Assembly (NCBI GenBank): GCA_003516025.1
Contig: CP023991.1
Location: 600,001 to 632,000, forward strand
Source: Candidatus Saccharimonadota bacterium
GTDB lineage: Bacteria; Patescibacteriota; Saccharimonadia; Saccharimonadales; UBA4665
Direction: 5' to 3'
DNA length: 32,000 bases
The number at the start of each line of letters is the position of its first letter. Position 1 is the stretch's first letter. The notes under the pieces were generated by a model. It saw only the letters and a list, made by a program, of their open reading frames with translations, was not told where the DNA came from and ran no database searches. Shown in pieces: positions 15,352 to 24,628 of this stretch. A program made the position numbers and the translations under genes.

Positions 15352-16863
15352 TCAGCGTACGGTTATACGGTTTAAAACATCCCTGGTATTCGCGTTCAAA
15401 TTCTGAGCAGGTTCACTTTGCTGCCAAACCCATGTCGTATTACCGCGTACGATCCACGCCATTATGCCACCACCCTGCAAAAACAGGAATACCGTTATTA
15501 CGATGAGCCACGTTTTTAAGTATGAATGCCGTAACATGTTCGCGCCCCAGTTAAATCCCATCGCCAACAGAACAAGCAAAAACGGATACATCGGTATAAG
15601 GTAACGGCCATGGATAGCTACCGCCTCGCCGGTATGCAGGTACATGGAAACATTCTTAGCAAGCAGCACGAACGCGTAGAAAGCGCACGCCAGCAAGAGG
15701 AGGCGAATGGCAGGCTGGCGCCATAAACGCTTCCAGAAAACCACACAAAGCGCCACCCCGCCCAGCGTGATAACCCAGGCAGTGATATTCGCGACCAGCA
15801 GCGGGCTGGCAGCCTGATATGTTACTGTTCCGTCCGGACCGAAGAAACTGCCGATAGTAAACATGGTTTCGTATATCATGCGGTACACCCACACGAACGG
15901 GTAAATTATGATGCCCCATGCGCCGGGACGATCATATATTTCAGCAAAAAGATGGTCCCGGGCCCACGGAGAGTAGGATTCACAGCGTTCTACAGTGAGC
16001 ACTTTGGCACAGTCCGGCTGTAAAGAATGGTACCGCAGCAGGTTGACGCCGTATCGTTCAAGACTAAGACCAGCGCACAATAACACGACGAACAGGCCGG
16101 CAATGAGCAGGCCTCTGCGTGGCCAGGCTGCAACCGGCCACGAACCCGTCGAACGGCGCGCCATGAACGTTTCTATAGCAAGCAGGCCGGCGATAGCAGC
16201 GAACACCGGCAGGGAAGTATATTTACAGACCGCCGCGAGTAACCCCCATATTACAATAAGCAATACGGCGGTTATGTCCAGGCTGTTACGCTGCCGCAGT
16301 GCCTGGATATATCGCACAGTATGCAGAAACAGCAGTCCCGTCAGTAAAAAGATGAGATTGTCATAGTTGATCTGTCCTGCCAGTAAGGGCACAATAGGTA
16401 GGAGCACAAAGAACAGCAGTGCGGCGTGAGCCAGCCGTCTCGACAGTCCTAACGCGTCAAACAGTCTTCGATAGACCAATATGCCGCTGGCGAATATACC
16501 AATATTAATCAGGCGCAGGAATATGACCTGCCCAGCCTCAGAACCGGATAATGACGCGATCAGCCGATAGGGCCAGCTCATAAGGTAATGGTAAAAATAC
16601 GAACCGTCCCGCCAAGCCGGGCCGTACACGTCAGCGCCAGCCGGCTGACTGGTAAAAAACGGTAGCCATTGCTCGGCATGGAGGCGAATCAGACCAAAGT
16701 GGAAGTTCTCATCGAAAGCCTGGGGATAGCGGGCAGTGAGGGCAATCCACAAGCTCTGCACTATGAGCAGCCCAAGAATAATCCAGATAAAATGAGGCGA
16801 GGCGAGCCACCCTGAAACCTTAGCCTGAAGACGAGCGTTGAATGACTGCATATAAGTAACCAT
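15352..16863 (-). CDS. GT-C fold membrane glycosyltransferase (PMT/ArnT-like)
   Basis: ~500 aa with ~12 TM helices. The first extracytoplasmic loop carries AFDENFHFGLI, which resembles the DE motif (FDEVHFG) of PMT/GT39 enzymes. The start is ambiguous (ATG 16863 or 16851). The track start at 17097 is rejected because it would overlap the divergent gene. Confidence 0.7.
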   Translation of the reverse strand: MVTYMQSFNARLQAKVSGWLASPHFIWIILGLLIVQSLWIALTARYPQAFDENFHFGLIRLHAEQWLPFFTSQPAGADVYGPAWRDGSYFYHYLMSWPYRLIASLSGSEAGQVIFLRLINIGIFASGILVYRRLFDALGLSRRLAHAALLFFVLLPIVPLLAGQINYDNLIFLLTGLLFLHTVRYIQALRQRNSLDITAVLLIVIWGLLAAVCKYTSLPVFAAIAGLLAIETFMARRSTGSWPVAAWPRRGLLIAGLFVVLLCAGLSLERYGVNLLRYHSLQPDCAKVLTVERCESYSPWARDHLFAEIYDRPGAWGIIIYPFVWVYRMIYETMFTIGSFFGPDGTVTYQAASPLLVANITAWVITLGGVALCVVFWKRLWRQPAIRLLLLACAFYAFVLLAKNVSMYLHTGEAVAIHGRYLIPMYPFLLVLLAMGFNWGANMLRHSYLKTWLIVITVFLFLQGGGIMAWIVRGNTTWVWQQSEPAQNLNANTRDVLNRITVR

Positions 16864-16880
16864 TATAGCAACCTTAGCGC

Positions 16881-16909
16881 TTACATAAATCACTGAAATA
16901 AAATACAAT
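16881..16909 (+). promoter_or_regulatory. Promoter TTACAT-17 nt-TACAAT, 6 nt upstream of ATG 16916 (leaderless)
   Basis: Both hexamers are near consensus with optimal 17-nt spacing. Only GGCCGC lies between the -10 box and the ATG. Confidence 0.55.
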
Positions 16910-16915
16910 GGCCGC

Positions 16916-17782
16916 ATGAGTAAAAAACAAATCAAGACAGTTCTCTCTATAGCGGTCATATTAATTACCATTGTCGTTTTTGTAATGTATTTCCGTAGCC
17001 ATCCGCATACGTTCAGCGCGCTTAAAAATGTGCCGGTACACACGCTTATCCTACTGTTTATTCTGTACCTTGCCTTTATTGGTACGCTGGCAGGCATTCA
17101 GCAGGCGACGCTGCGACTATGCGGCATTAGCCTGTCTACCCGTGAAAGTGCCTTGGTAATGATGTACTCGTCAATCATTAACTTTTTTGGTCCCCTGCAA
17201 AGCGGTCCGGCTTTTCGGGCGGCATATCTTAAGAGTCGGCATAACGTAAACCTTAAAAAATACGCGCTGGCAACATTACTGTATTACGGCTTATATGCGG
17301 CCATCAGTGGTCTGTTAATTTTATCGTTTATCATCGGCTGGTGGATTATTCTGGGCGCGATTATCGGATTGCTGGCAACACCGTTGGCCCTGCGTATTCC
17401 GCGCTTCCGAGACCTCGACCTTACCGGGTTGCGTCAACTGGCAATAGCGACACTGGCGCAGGCGGCCGTACAGTCACTTATTTATTTTGTTGAGCTTCAC
17501 AGTATCTTACAGCATGTTACGTATATCAAGGCACTGGTTTACACCGGTGTGGCCAATTTCGCGTTATTCGTTTCAGTCACCCCGGGTGCCATTGGTTTCC
17601 GCGAATCTTTCCTGGTGTTTTCACAGAAACTGCATACCATCGGAAATGACACCATCGCGGCGGCCAGCGTAATTGACCGGGGCGTTTACATCGTGATGCT
17701 GCTGGTAATGGCGGCGCTGATTTTCGGGCTGCACGCTAATAAGCTGCTCAAAGTAAAGTCAGCCAAACAAACAGCCGAGTAG
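16916..17782 (+). CDS. Second UPF0104 / MprF-flippase-like membrane protein
   Basis: 288 aa polytopic protein. Family motif VTPGAIGFRESF near the C-terminus. Confidence 0.7.
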   Translation: MSKKQIKTVLSIAVILITIVVFVMYFRSHPHTFSALKNVPVHTLILLFILYLAFIGTLAGIQQATLRLCGISLSTRESALVMMYSSIINFFGPLQSGPAFRAAYLKSRHNVNLKKYALATLLYYGLYAAISGLLILSFIIGWWIILGAIIGLLATPLALRIPRFRDLDLTGLRQLAIATLAQAAVQSLIYFVELHSILQHVTYIKALVYTGVANFALFVSVTPGAIGFRESFLVFSQKLHTIGNDTIAAASVIDRGVYIVMLLVMAALIFGLHANKLLKVKSAKQTAE

Positions 17783-17814
17783 GCCTCTTACAGCATATTT
17801 TCAACATTCCGGCG

Positions 17815-17820
17815 TATACT
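17815..17820 (+). promoter_or_regulatory. -10 box TATACT, 9 nt upstream of the response regulator ATG
   Basis: TATACT-aaagccata-ATG(17830), with no SD. Confidence 0.35.
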
Positions 17821-17829
17821 AAAGCCATA

Positions 17830-18510
17830 ATGCGCATACTGGTTATTGAAGACGAAGTTAAGATCGCCACAGCTATTAAACGTGGTCTCGGCCTTAGTGG
17901 CCACGCCGTTGATATAGTACACGACGCCGATACGGGTTATTCATATGCCAAAGACCCCAGCTACGATGTAATCATTCTGGACCGCATGCTGCCGGGCAGC
18001 ATGGATGGCGTGGCCTTGTGCGCCCGGATACGCCATGAAAGTATCAGTACTCCCGTTCTCATGCTTACTGCCCGCGGCACCATCGGAGACAAAGTAGAGG
18101 GTCTCAACAGCGGCGCCGACGATTACCTCGTAAAGCCGTTTTCATTCGACGAGCTAACCGCCCGCGTCCGCGCTTTACTGCGCCGGCCAAAAGCCACCAC
18201 CGGCACAGTATTGAAGGCCGGTAATCTGGAGCTGGATCCTGTTAATTACAGCATCACTCGTTCAGGCCAGCCCATACAGCTGTCGCATAAGGAATTCCAG
18301 GTTTTGGAATACTTCATGTATCATCCGGGCCAGATTATTACCAAAGACAGACTGATATCGCACATCTGGAATGAAGACGCGGATGTGCTGCCCAATACCG
18401 TTGAGGTATATATAGGTTATCTGCGTAGCAAAGTCGACCGGCCGTTTCCCGATGAAAAGCCGCTCATCCATACCGTTCGAGGTTTTGGTTACCGGCTTGG
18501 AGACAAATAA
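17830..18510 (+). CDS. OmpR/PhoB-family response regulator
   Basis: The receiver domain has the acidic pocket (ILVIEDE), phospho-acceptor Asp (VIILDRMLPG) and LTAR...KPF. The C-terminal winged-helix domain has LSHKEFQVLEYF...TVRGFGYRL. Confidence 0.9.
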   Translation: MRILVIEDEVKIATAIKRGLGLSGHAVDIVHDADTGYSYAKDPSYDVIILDRMLPGSMDGVALCARIRHESISTPVLMLTARGTIGDKVEGLNSGADDYLVKPFSFDELTARVRALLRRPKATTGTVLKAGNLELDPVNYSITRSGQPIQLSHKEFQVLEYFMYHPGQIITKDRLISHIWNEDADVLPNTVEVYIGYLRSKVDRPFPDEKPLIHTVRGFGYRLGDK

Positions 18511-19541
18511 TGGGCGGCATGAGCAGGCCCTTCCGTTCCGCCTTATTCAAGCTAACCGCCGTCTATGTCACCATCGTGATGGCCATTTGCCTCAGTTTCA
18601 GCTTCATCCTGTATCGGTTAGCCGTCAATGAGCTCAATACCGGTTTCCAGAACCAGTACGTCCGCTGGCTTACCGAATATCGCCCCTACGGATTGCGGCA
18701 ACCAAACGACCCCACATCTGAGCTACACGCGCGCACCCGCCATATTTCCGCCCAGTTAGCGTATTTTAACGTGCTGGTGCTGGTAGCAACCACAGGCGCT
18801 TCTTATTTGCTGGCGCGGCGCACACTAAGGCCGATCGAACGGGCCCATAACCAGCAAAAACGGTTTACGGCCGATGTCAGTCACGAACTGCGCACGCCGT
18901 TAACGGCGCTTAAAATGGACACCGAAGTGGCTTTACTGGACAAAAAAGCTACCGCTACAGATTTACGCCAAACCCTGCAGGGCAACCTGCATGAGGCCGA
19001 TCGCATGGAAACGCTTGTAAACAGCCTGCTGCAGCTGACGAGCCTGGAAGCCCACCAGTTGCAAAGCGAGTTCGAAAAGCTGGACATCCAAGATATCGCC
19101 GGCAACGCGCTCAAAGTCGTGGACAAACTAGCCGGGCGGCATGGCATAACATTCGACAACACTTTGCGTAGCGGTTTTGTTATCGGCAACAAGGCAAACC
19201 TGACGCAGCTGATTGTTATACTGCTGGAAAACGCCATCAAGTACAGTCCGGACGGTTCGACCGTCCGCCTGGTTACTTCCAGCACGGCGCAAAACGTCAC
19301 TATCATAGTGGAAGATACCGGCAAGGGTATCCCGCCCGATGCCTTACCGCATGTGTTCGACCGCTTTTACCGGGCGGATAATTCACGCACGGTTCAGCCA
19401 GGCAGCGAGTCGGGCGGCTTCGGCCTGGGTCTGTCATTAGCAAAATTGATTGCCGACGTACACGGCGCGGAAATCGTGCTCACAAGCTCCGTCGGACAGG
19501 GGACGCGGGCACTTGTGCGCTTCCCCTCCAGCGCGAAGTAG
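18510..19541 (+). CDS. Sensor histidine kinase (HisKA + HATPase_c), two TM helices, ~47-aa external loop, no obvious HAMP
   Basis: H-box FTADVSHELRTPL, N-box LLENAIKYSP, G1 box VEDTGKGIP and G2 box GGFGLGLSLA. Its ATG overlaps the RR stop (TAATG). Confidence 0.9.
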   Translation: MGGMSRPFRSALFKLTAVYVTIVMAICLSFSFILYRLAVNELNTGFQNQYVRWLTEYRPYGLRQPNDPTSELHARTRHISAQLAYFNVLVLVATTGASYLLARRTLRPIERAHNQQKRFTADVSHELRTPLTALKMDTEVALLDKKATATDLRQTLQGNLHEADRMETLVNSLLQLTSLEAHQLQSEFEKLDIQDIAGNALKVVDKLAGRHGITFDNTLRSGFVIGNKANLTQLIVILLENAIKYSPDGSTVRLVTSSTAQNVTIIVEDTGKGIPPDALPHVFDRFYRADNSRTVQPGSESGGFGLGLSLAKLIADVHGAEIVLTSSVGQGTRALVRFPSSAK

Positions 19542-19565
19542 AACCCTGTATAAATAACATGCTTA

Positions 19566-19574
19566 TGCTACAAT
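19566..19574 (+). promoter_or_regulatory. Extended -10 TGcTACAAT upstream of cyoA
   Basis: TGCTACAAT lies 12 nt before ATG 19587, implying a very short leader with no SD. Confidence 0.45.
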
Positions 19575-19586
19575 ATTTATACTATT

Positions 19587-20474
19587 ATGGGTACAAAGAC
19601 CAAGATCGCGCTCGCTATATCACCGTTCGTGATTCTTGTTGGCCTACTTGTCGTTCTGGCCCAGGGCCATACTTTTGCGATCCTTGAAACCCAGGGACCT
19701 ATAGCAGCCCAGGAAAAGCGCCTGCTGGCTTTCGCGTTTGGACTCAGCTTGTTCGTTATCGTGCCCGTCTACGTATTGACCGTTTTTATCGCCTGGAAGT
19801 ACCGCGCAGGTAACAAAAAGGCTCACTACAATCCCAATTGGGGACATAGCCGCCAATTAGAAACAATCTGGTGGGGAATTCCGTGTTTTATCATTTTGGT
19901 CTTGTCTGTCATTACTTGGCGCAGCAGCCACAGCCTTGACCCAGCCCGAGCCATTAGCAGCTCGCAGCCAACATTACAGGTGCAGGTTGTAGCATTGCAA
20001 TGGAAATGGCTATTTATATATCCGCAACAAGGTATAGCCACCGTAGACGAGCTGCATATACCGGCTGGCCGGCCGGTGCAGTTCTCCATAACTTCGGACG
20101 CGCCGATGAATTCATTCTGGATTCCACAGCTTGGCGGCCAGATGTACGCTATGAGTGGCATGACGACTACACTGCACCTGCAAGCCGATAAAACCGGAAC
20201 TTATCAGGGAGTCTCAGCTAATATAAGTGGTGAAGGCTTCGCCGACATGCGGTTCACGACCACCGCCAGCAGCGAGGACGACTTTAGCACCTGGGTACAG
20301 CAAACAAGGCAGTCGGCCACCAGGCTGAACAATAGCAGTTATAGGACGCTGGCCGAACCAAGCTCAGACAACGTGGCGATGAGTTTCGCTTCGGTCGAGC
20401 ATAACCTGTATGATACGATAGTAACGAAATATATGTCGGACGAGACTACGGAGACTTCGGCACATGGCCACTAA
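19587..20474 (+). CDS. cyoA: Cytochrome bo3-type quinol oxidase subunit II
   Basis: Collinear with E. coli CyoA ([36 protein letters not shown]). The CuA Cys/His ligands are absent ([12 protein letters not shown] versus E. coli SASYSGPGFSGM), which marks a quinol oxidase rather than a cytochrome c oxidase. There is no lipobox Cys. Confidence 0.9.
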   Translation: MGTKTKIALAISPFVILVGLLVVLAQGHTFAILETQGPIAAQEKRLLAFAFGLSLFVIVPVYVLTVFIAWKYRAGNKKAHYNPNWGHSRQLETIWWGIPCFIILVLSVITWRSSHSLDPARAISSSQPTLQVQVVALQWKWLFIYPQQGIATVDELHIPAGRPVQFSITSDAPMNSFWIPQLGGQMYAMSGMTTTLHLQADKTGTYQGVSANISGEGFADMRFTTTASSEDDFSTWVQQTRQSATRLNNSSYRTLAEPSSDNVAMSFASVEHNLYDTIVTKYMSDETTETSAHGH

Positions 20475-20491
20475 GCAGGGGAGAGATTAGT

Positions 20492-22492
20492 ATGTTGGGG
20501 CGGTTAAACTGGGACGCGCTTCCTGATGTGCCGATAACTATCGGCGGGGCCGTCATGCTGGTCGTAATGGGTATTGTGGCTGTTGCTGCCATGACCTACT
20601 TCAAAAAATGGCGCTGGTTATGGACAAACTGGCTCACCAGTCTTGATCCGAAAAAAATCGGTATCATGTACATTATCGTTTCTGTTTTAATGCTGCTGCG
20701 GGGAGCAGCCGATGCTCTCATGCTGCGCGCTCAACAGGCGACCTCAGCCGGCAATTCACACGGAGTGATCAGCGCTGACACTTTTCAGCAGGTATTTTCG
20801 GCTCATGGATCCATTATGATTTTCTTCGTTGCCATGGGCTTTATGTTCGGGCTGATCAACCTGATAGTACCGCTACAGATCGGTTCGCGCGACGTGGCGT
20901 TTCCATTCCTTAACTCAGTCAGTTTCTGGTTATTCGTCGCTGGCATGGTGCTTATAAACGTCTCCTTGGTAATCGGTGAGTTCTCAACGGCCGGCTGGCT
21001 CGCCTATCCGCCGCTCAGCGAGCTGCGCTACAGTCCCGGCGTCGGAGTAGACTACTGGATATGGAGCTTGCAAATTGCCGGCGTCGGAAGTTTGCTGTCG
21101 GGTATTAATTTCCTGGTGACAATACTGAAAATGCGCGCGCCCGGCATGACCCTTATGCGCATGCCGATCTTTTGCTGGAGCGTACTGTGCAGCATGGTAC
21201 TGGTAGCGTTCGCCTTTCCGATCCTGACAGCAACATTACTCATGCTTGGTCTCGACCGTTCGCTCGGCATGCATTTCTTTACGTCCGACTTCGGCGGCAA
21301 TGCCATGATGTACGTCAATCTCATCTGGGCCTGGGGCCACCCGGAAGTGTACATTCTTATATTGCCGGCCTTCGGTATTTTTTCCGAAGTTGTCGCGACA
21401 TTCTCACAAAAGAAACTATTCGGTTATACCTCTATGGTATGGGCGCTAGGTGCCATTACTGTGCTGTCATTTATCGTCTGGCTGCACCACTTCTTTACCA
21501 TGGGCGCCGGTGCCGACGTCAACGCCTTTTTCGGTATCATGACCATGATCATCTCCATTCCGACCGGCGTCAAAGTCTTTAACTGGCTGTTTACGATGTA
21601 CCGGGGACGCATCATTTTTTCAACGCCGATGCTGTGGTTCCTGGGCTTCGTGCTGACGTTTGCCATTGGCGGTATGACCGGCGTCTTGATGAGCGTTCCT
21701 GCCATCGACTTCCAAATGCATAACAGCCTTTTCCTGGTAGCGCATTTCCATAACATGATCATCGGCGGCGTGCTGTTCGGCTACTTCGCCGGCTACATGT
21801 ACTGGTTCCCCAAGATCACCGGTTTCAAGTTGAACGAGCGTCTTGGCAACATCGCTTTCTGGTGCTGGCTTATCGGTTTCTTCTTTGCCTTTATGCCGCT
21901 CTACGTATTAGGTATCATGGGCGCCACCCGCCGTCTCGACCATTATGACGCCAGCCTGGGGTGGCAGGGGCTGTTTATCGTCGCCGGATTGGGCGTGCTG
22001 ATTATCGCCGCCGGCGTAGCCTTCCAATTATTGCAACTGGCAGTCAGTGTCTGGACTCACTTTAAACATCCGCAGCGCAACGCAGACCTCACAGGCGACC
22101 CATGGAATGGCCGTACCCTGGAGTGGGCTACCAGTTCACCGGCCGCTGAATACAACTTCGCGGTTATTCCGACTGTGACCGACCGCGACGCCTGGTGGAA
22201 AATAAAACAAGACCGGCAAACCAAAAAACCAGGCAACCCAATTGTGTATGAAGATATCGCCGTTCCTAAAAATACCGGGGTGGCCCTGTTCGTCGCTGCC
22301 GGCAGCTTTATGGTTGGCTTTGGCATCATCTGGCATATATGGTGGCTGGCACTGGCAGGTCTAGCGGTAGTAATTGCCTCGGTTATTCACCGCTTAAACG
22401 ATGACGATACCGAGCAAGTGATTCCGGCCGCTGAAATCGCCGCCAGCGAAGCCGCGCGGATGTCTCGGCTTAAGCAAAAGGTAGCCGTATGA
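20492..22492 (+). CDS. cyoB: Cytochrome bo3-type quinol oxidase subunit I (haem-copper oxidase catalytic subunit)
   Basis: 666 aa. It has [14 protein letters not shown] (CuB His and cross-linked Tyr), WLHHFFTMG (CuB His pair) and [17 protein letters not shown] (haem ligands). Long stretches are identical to E. coli CyoB as recalled, e.g. [18 protein letters not shown]. Confidence 0.95.
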   Translation: MLGRLNWDALPDVPITIGGAVMLVVMGIVAVAAMTYFKKWRWLWTNWLTSLDPKKIGIMYIIVSVLMLLRGAADALMLRAQQATSAGNSHGVISADTFQQVFSAHGSIMIFFVAMGFMFGLINLIVPLQIGSRDVAFPFLNSVSFWLFVAGMVLINVSLVIGEFSTAGWLAYPPLSELRYSPGVGVDYWIWSLQIAGVGSLLSGINFLVTILKMRAPGMTLMRMPIFCWSVLCSMVLVAFAFPILTATLLMLGLDRSLGMHFFTSDFGGNAMMYVNLIWAWGHPEVYILILPAFGIFSEVVATFSQKKLFGYTSMVWALGAITVLSFIVWLHHFFTMGAGADVNAFFGIMTMIISIPTGVKVFNWLFTMYRGRIIFSTPMLWFLGFVLTFAIGGMTGVLMSVPAIDFQMHNSLFLVAHFHNMIIGGVLFGYFAGYMYWFPKITGFKLNERLGNIAFWCWLIGFFFAFMPLYVLGIMGATRRLDHYDASLGWQGLFIVAGLGVLIIAAGVAFQLLQLAVSVWTHFKHPQRNADLTGDPWNGRTLEWATSSPAAEYNFAVIPTVTDRDAWWKIKQDRQTKKPGNPIVYEDIAVPKNTGVALFVAAGSFMVGFGIIWHIWWLALAGLAVVIASVIHRLNDDDTEQVIPAAEIAASEAARMSRLKQKVAV

Positions 22493-23073
22493 ATAACATA
22501 ACAACCGAACAGGAACAATCAGACGACAAGACAGTTTTCGGTTTCTGGGTCTACCTGATGACCGACTGCGTGCTGTTCGCGACACTATTCGCCACCTACG
22601 CTGTTCTACAGCATAATACTGCCGGAGGAGCCGACGCCAAAGAGTTGTTCAGCCTGCCGTACGTGCTGGTCGAAACCATGCTGCTGCTTATTAGCAGCTA
22701 CACGAGCGGCCTGATGTTACTATCCGCCCGTGCCGGGAACAAAAGGTCAGTGTTTATTTGGCTGGCGGCCACTGTCGCGCTTGGTCTTGGATTCCTAGGC
22801 ATGGAACTTAACGAATTCCACAAACTTGCCTCCGAAGGCAGCAGCTGGAACCGCAGCGGTTTCCTGTCGGCCTTCTTTACGCTTATCGGCACCCATGGAA
22901 TACACATTGCCACCGGACTGCTATGGGCGGCCGTCATGGCCATACGCATCGCCAAAACCGGCCTTACCAATACTATGCTGCGCCGGCTGACACTATTCAG
23001 CATGTTCTGGCACTTCCTGGACATCGTCTGGATCTGTATCTTCACCTTCGTGTATTTATTGGGGGGCCGCTAA
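22489..23073 (+). CDS. cyoC: Cytochrome bo3-type quinol oxidase subunit III
   Basis: [23 protein letters not shown]...[18 protein letters not shown]...[14 protein letters not shown] is collinear with E. coli CyoC. ATGA overlap with cyoB. Confidence 0.9.
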   Translation: MNNITTEQEQSDDKTVFGFWVYLMTDCVLFATLFATYAVLQHNTAGGADAKELFSLPYVLVETMLLLISSYTSGLMLLSARAGNKRSVFIWLAATVALGLGFLGMELNEFHKLASEGSSWNRSGFLSAFFTLIGTHGIHIATGLLWAAVMAIRIAKTGLTNTMLRRLTLFSMFWHFLDIVWICIFTFVYLLGGR

Positions 23074-23436
23074 ATGATACAACCAGAGACAAAACAACGC
23101 AGTGAACTGCGCAGCTACACCGTTGGCTTTATACTGTCGGTACTACTAACCGTCATACCGTTCACTATCGTCATGAATCACACCCTGTCGGGGGGGTTAC
23201 TTATTAGCGCCCTGGCAGTTTTCGCCGTCCTGCAATTGCTGACCCAGCTGATCTTTTTCCTCCATCTCGGCGATGAGCGCAAGCCGCGCCTGCAAGGCAT
23301 GGCGCTGGTCTTTATGGTACTGGTTGTCGGCATCGTGGTCATCGGATCATTATGGATAATGGAACATTTAAACTATCACATGGATAATAACCCGGAGGTG
23401 ATCAAACAGCAGCTGGATGAATCCGATGACTTATAG
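23074..23436 (+). CDS. cyoD: Cytochrome bo3-type quinol oxidase subunit IV
   Basis: 120 aa with 3 TM helices. YTVGFILSVLLTVIPF...FLHL...GSLWIMEHLNYHM matches the CyoD pattern. Its start directly abuts the cyoC stop (TAAATG). Confidence 0.8.
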   Translation: MIQPETKQRSELRSYTVGFILSVLLTVIPFTIVMNHTLSGGLLISALAVFAVLQLLTQLIFFLHLGDERKPRLQGMALVFMVLVVGIVVIGSLWIMEHLNYHMDNNPEVIKQQLDESDDL

Positions 23437-24298
23437 TCCGCTCCTGAAAAAATATTACCGCCTTGCCAAACCGGGCATTATTTATGGCAATGTCATGACA
23501 ACAATCGGCGGTTTTTTGTTTGCCGCTAGCCGCCATTTTTATCCCGGGTTGCTGGTGTCGGCCGTGGCTGGAACGGCTCTTATCATCGCCTCAGCCTGCG
23601 TTGTCAATAACTACATCGACCGTGATATTGATGCCAAGATGACCCGCACCCGGAAGCGATCTCTGGTTAACGGCGAAATCTCTGCCCGGGCCGCCTTATT
23701 GTACGCCGCCGTGCTCGGTACCACGGGAGCGGCCATTTTGGCTGCGTTTACCAATACCACTACTTTGGTGCTTGGAGTTATCGGCTGGGTGTCCTATGTG
23801 GCAGTATATACGCCATCTAAGCGCCGGACAGTCCACAGCACACTGATTGGCAGCGTCTCCGGAGCCACACCTATCGCCGCGGGATATACCGCCGTTACCG
23901 GCCGGTTTGACGCAGCAGCTCTTATCCTGTTTGTTATCATGGTGATCTGGCAGCTGCCACACTTTTACGCCATAGCGATGTTCCGAGTAGAAGAGTATCG
24001 CAATGCTAGTATTCCAGTACTAGCAGTACAGCAGGGCACGGTGGTCAGCAAACAGTACATTTTAGCGTACAGCAGCCTGTTTCTCCTCGCGGTCGTGGCG
24101 CTCAGTGTTTTCGGTGGCGCCGGTTACGCATTTTTAACCGTTATGACAGGAGCCAGCCTGTACTGGATATGGTTAGGCTTTACGGGGCTGCGGACTAAAC
24201 TGGACGATGTTAAGTGGGCACGAGGCATGTTCGGCACCTCACTGATCGTACTCCTCGCTTTAAGCGGCATGCTGGCGCTCGATCCATGGCTCGTGTAA
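23417..24298 (+). CDS. cyoE: Protohaem IX farnesyltransferase (haem O synthase)
   Basis: UbiA-superfamily polytopic protein. It has the Asp-rich motif NNYIDRDIDAKMTRTRKRSL and a second motif region in the position expected after cyoD. Confidence 0.9.
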   Translation: MNPMTYSPLLKKYYRLAKPGIIYGNVMTTIGGFLFAASRHFYPGLLVSAVAGTALIIASACVVNNYIDRDIDAKMTRTRKRSLVNGEISARAALLYAAVLGTTGAAILAAFTNTTTLVLGVIGWVSYVAVYTPSKRRTVHSTLIGSVSGATPIAAGYTAVTGRFDAAALILFVIMVIWQLPHFYAIAMFRVEEYRNASIPVLAVQQGTVVSKQYILAYSSLFLLAVVALSVFGGAGYAFLTVMTGASLYWIWLGFTGLRTKLDDVKWARGMFGTSLIVLLALSGMLALDPWLV

Positions 24299-24307
24299 GA
24301 TTTAAGC

Positions 24308-24553
24308 ATGATCTTAGTCACTCACATACTGATCGCCCTCGGCAGCTTAGTTTTTACCGGCCTCACATACCTTATGCCGTCTCGTTTTAAATTAGGCGTC
24401 TCGTATGTTTTCGTGGCCGCTACTCTTGCCAGCGGTACCTGGCTCGTCGTCGCCTCTCGTTCCGCGATACTCAGCTCATGCATGACTGGACTGGTATACC
24501 TAGCAGTCACTTGGGGTGGCATCATACTGGCCAGGCGCAAGCTGGCAGACTAG
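24308..24553 (+). CDS. 81-aa membrane protein (2-3 TM helices) at the 3' end of the cyo operon, unknown function
   Basis: It starts 10 nt after the cyoE stop on the same strand and is followed by the operon terminator. Hydrophobic throughout. Confidence 0.5.
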   Translation: MILVTHILIALGSLVFTGLTYLMPSRFKLGVSYVFVAATLASGTWLVVASRSAILSSCMTGLVYLAVTWGGIILARRKLAD

Positions 24554-24575
24554 AGACGCATTACTCGTCACTGAC

Positions 24576-24612
24576 AATTAACATACACCCCATGCGGAGG
24601 TGTATGTTAATT
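24576..24612. terminator. Bidirectional terminator hairpin between the cyo operon and the convergent FAD oxidase gene
   Basis: Perfect 14-bp stem AATTAACATACACC/GGTGTATGTTAATT with a 9-nt loop. The stem is AT-rich and the flanking T-run is short. Confidence 0.6.
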
Positions 24613-24628
24613 TCTGATGGCTGTTTAG

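Noticed and set aside
15352-17097. Long version of the GT-C ORF (581 aa)
   Set aside because: It would overlap the divergent gene starting at 16916 and its promoter by about 180 nt. The first ~78 residues are not membrane-protein-like. Starts at 16863 or 16851 fit the divergent-promoter layout.
18881-19324. 147-aa ORF antisense to the histidine kinase gene
   Set aside because: It is an antisense shadow of a confidently identified HK with all H/N/G boxes in the plus frame.
21052-21762. Several 100-136-aa ORFs in alternative frames and strands inside cyoB
   Set aside because: cyoB is unambiguous. These are frame-shadow ORFs with Arg/Cys/His-rich nonsense composition.
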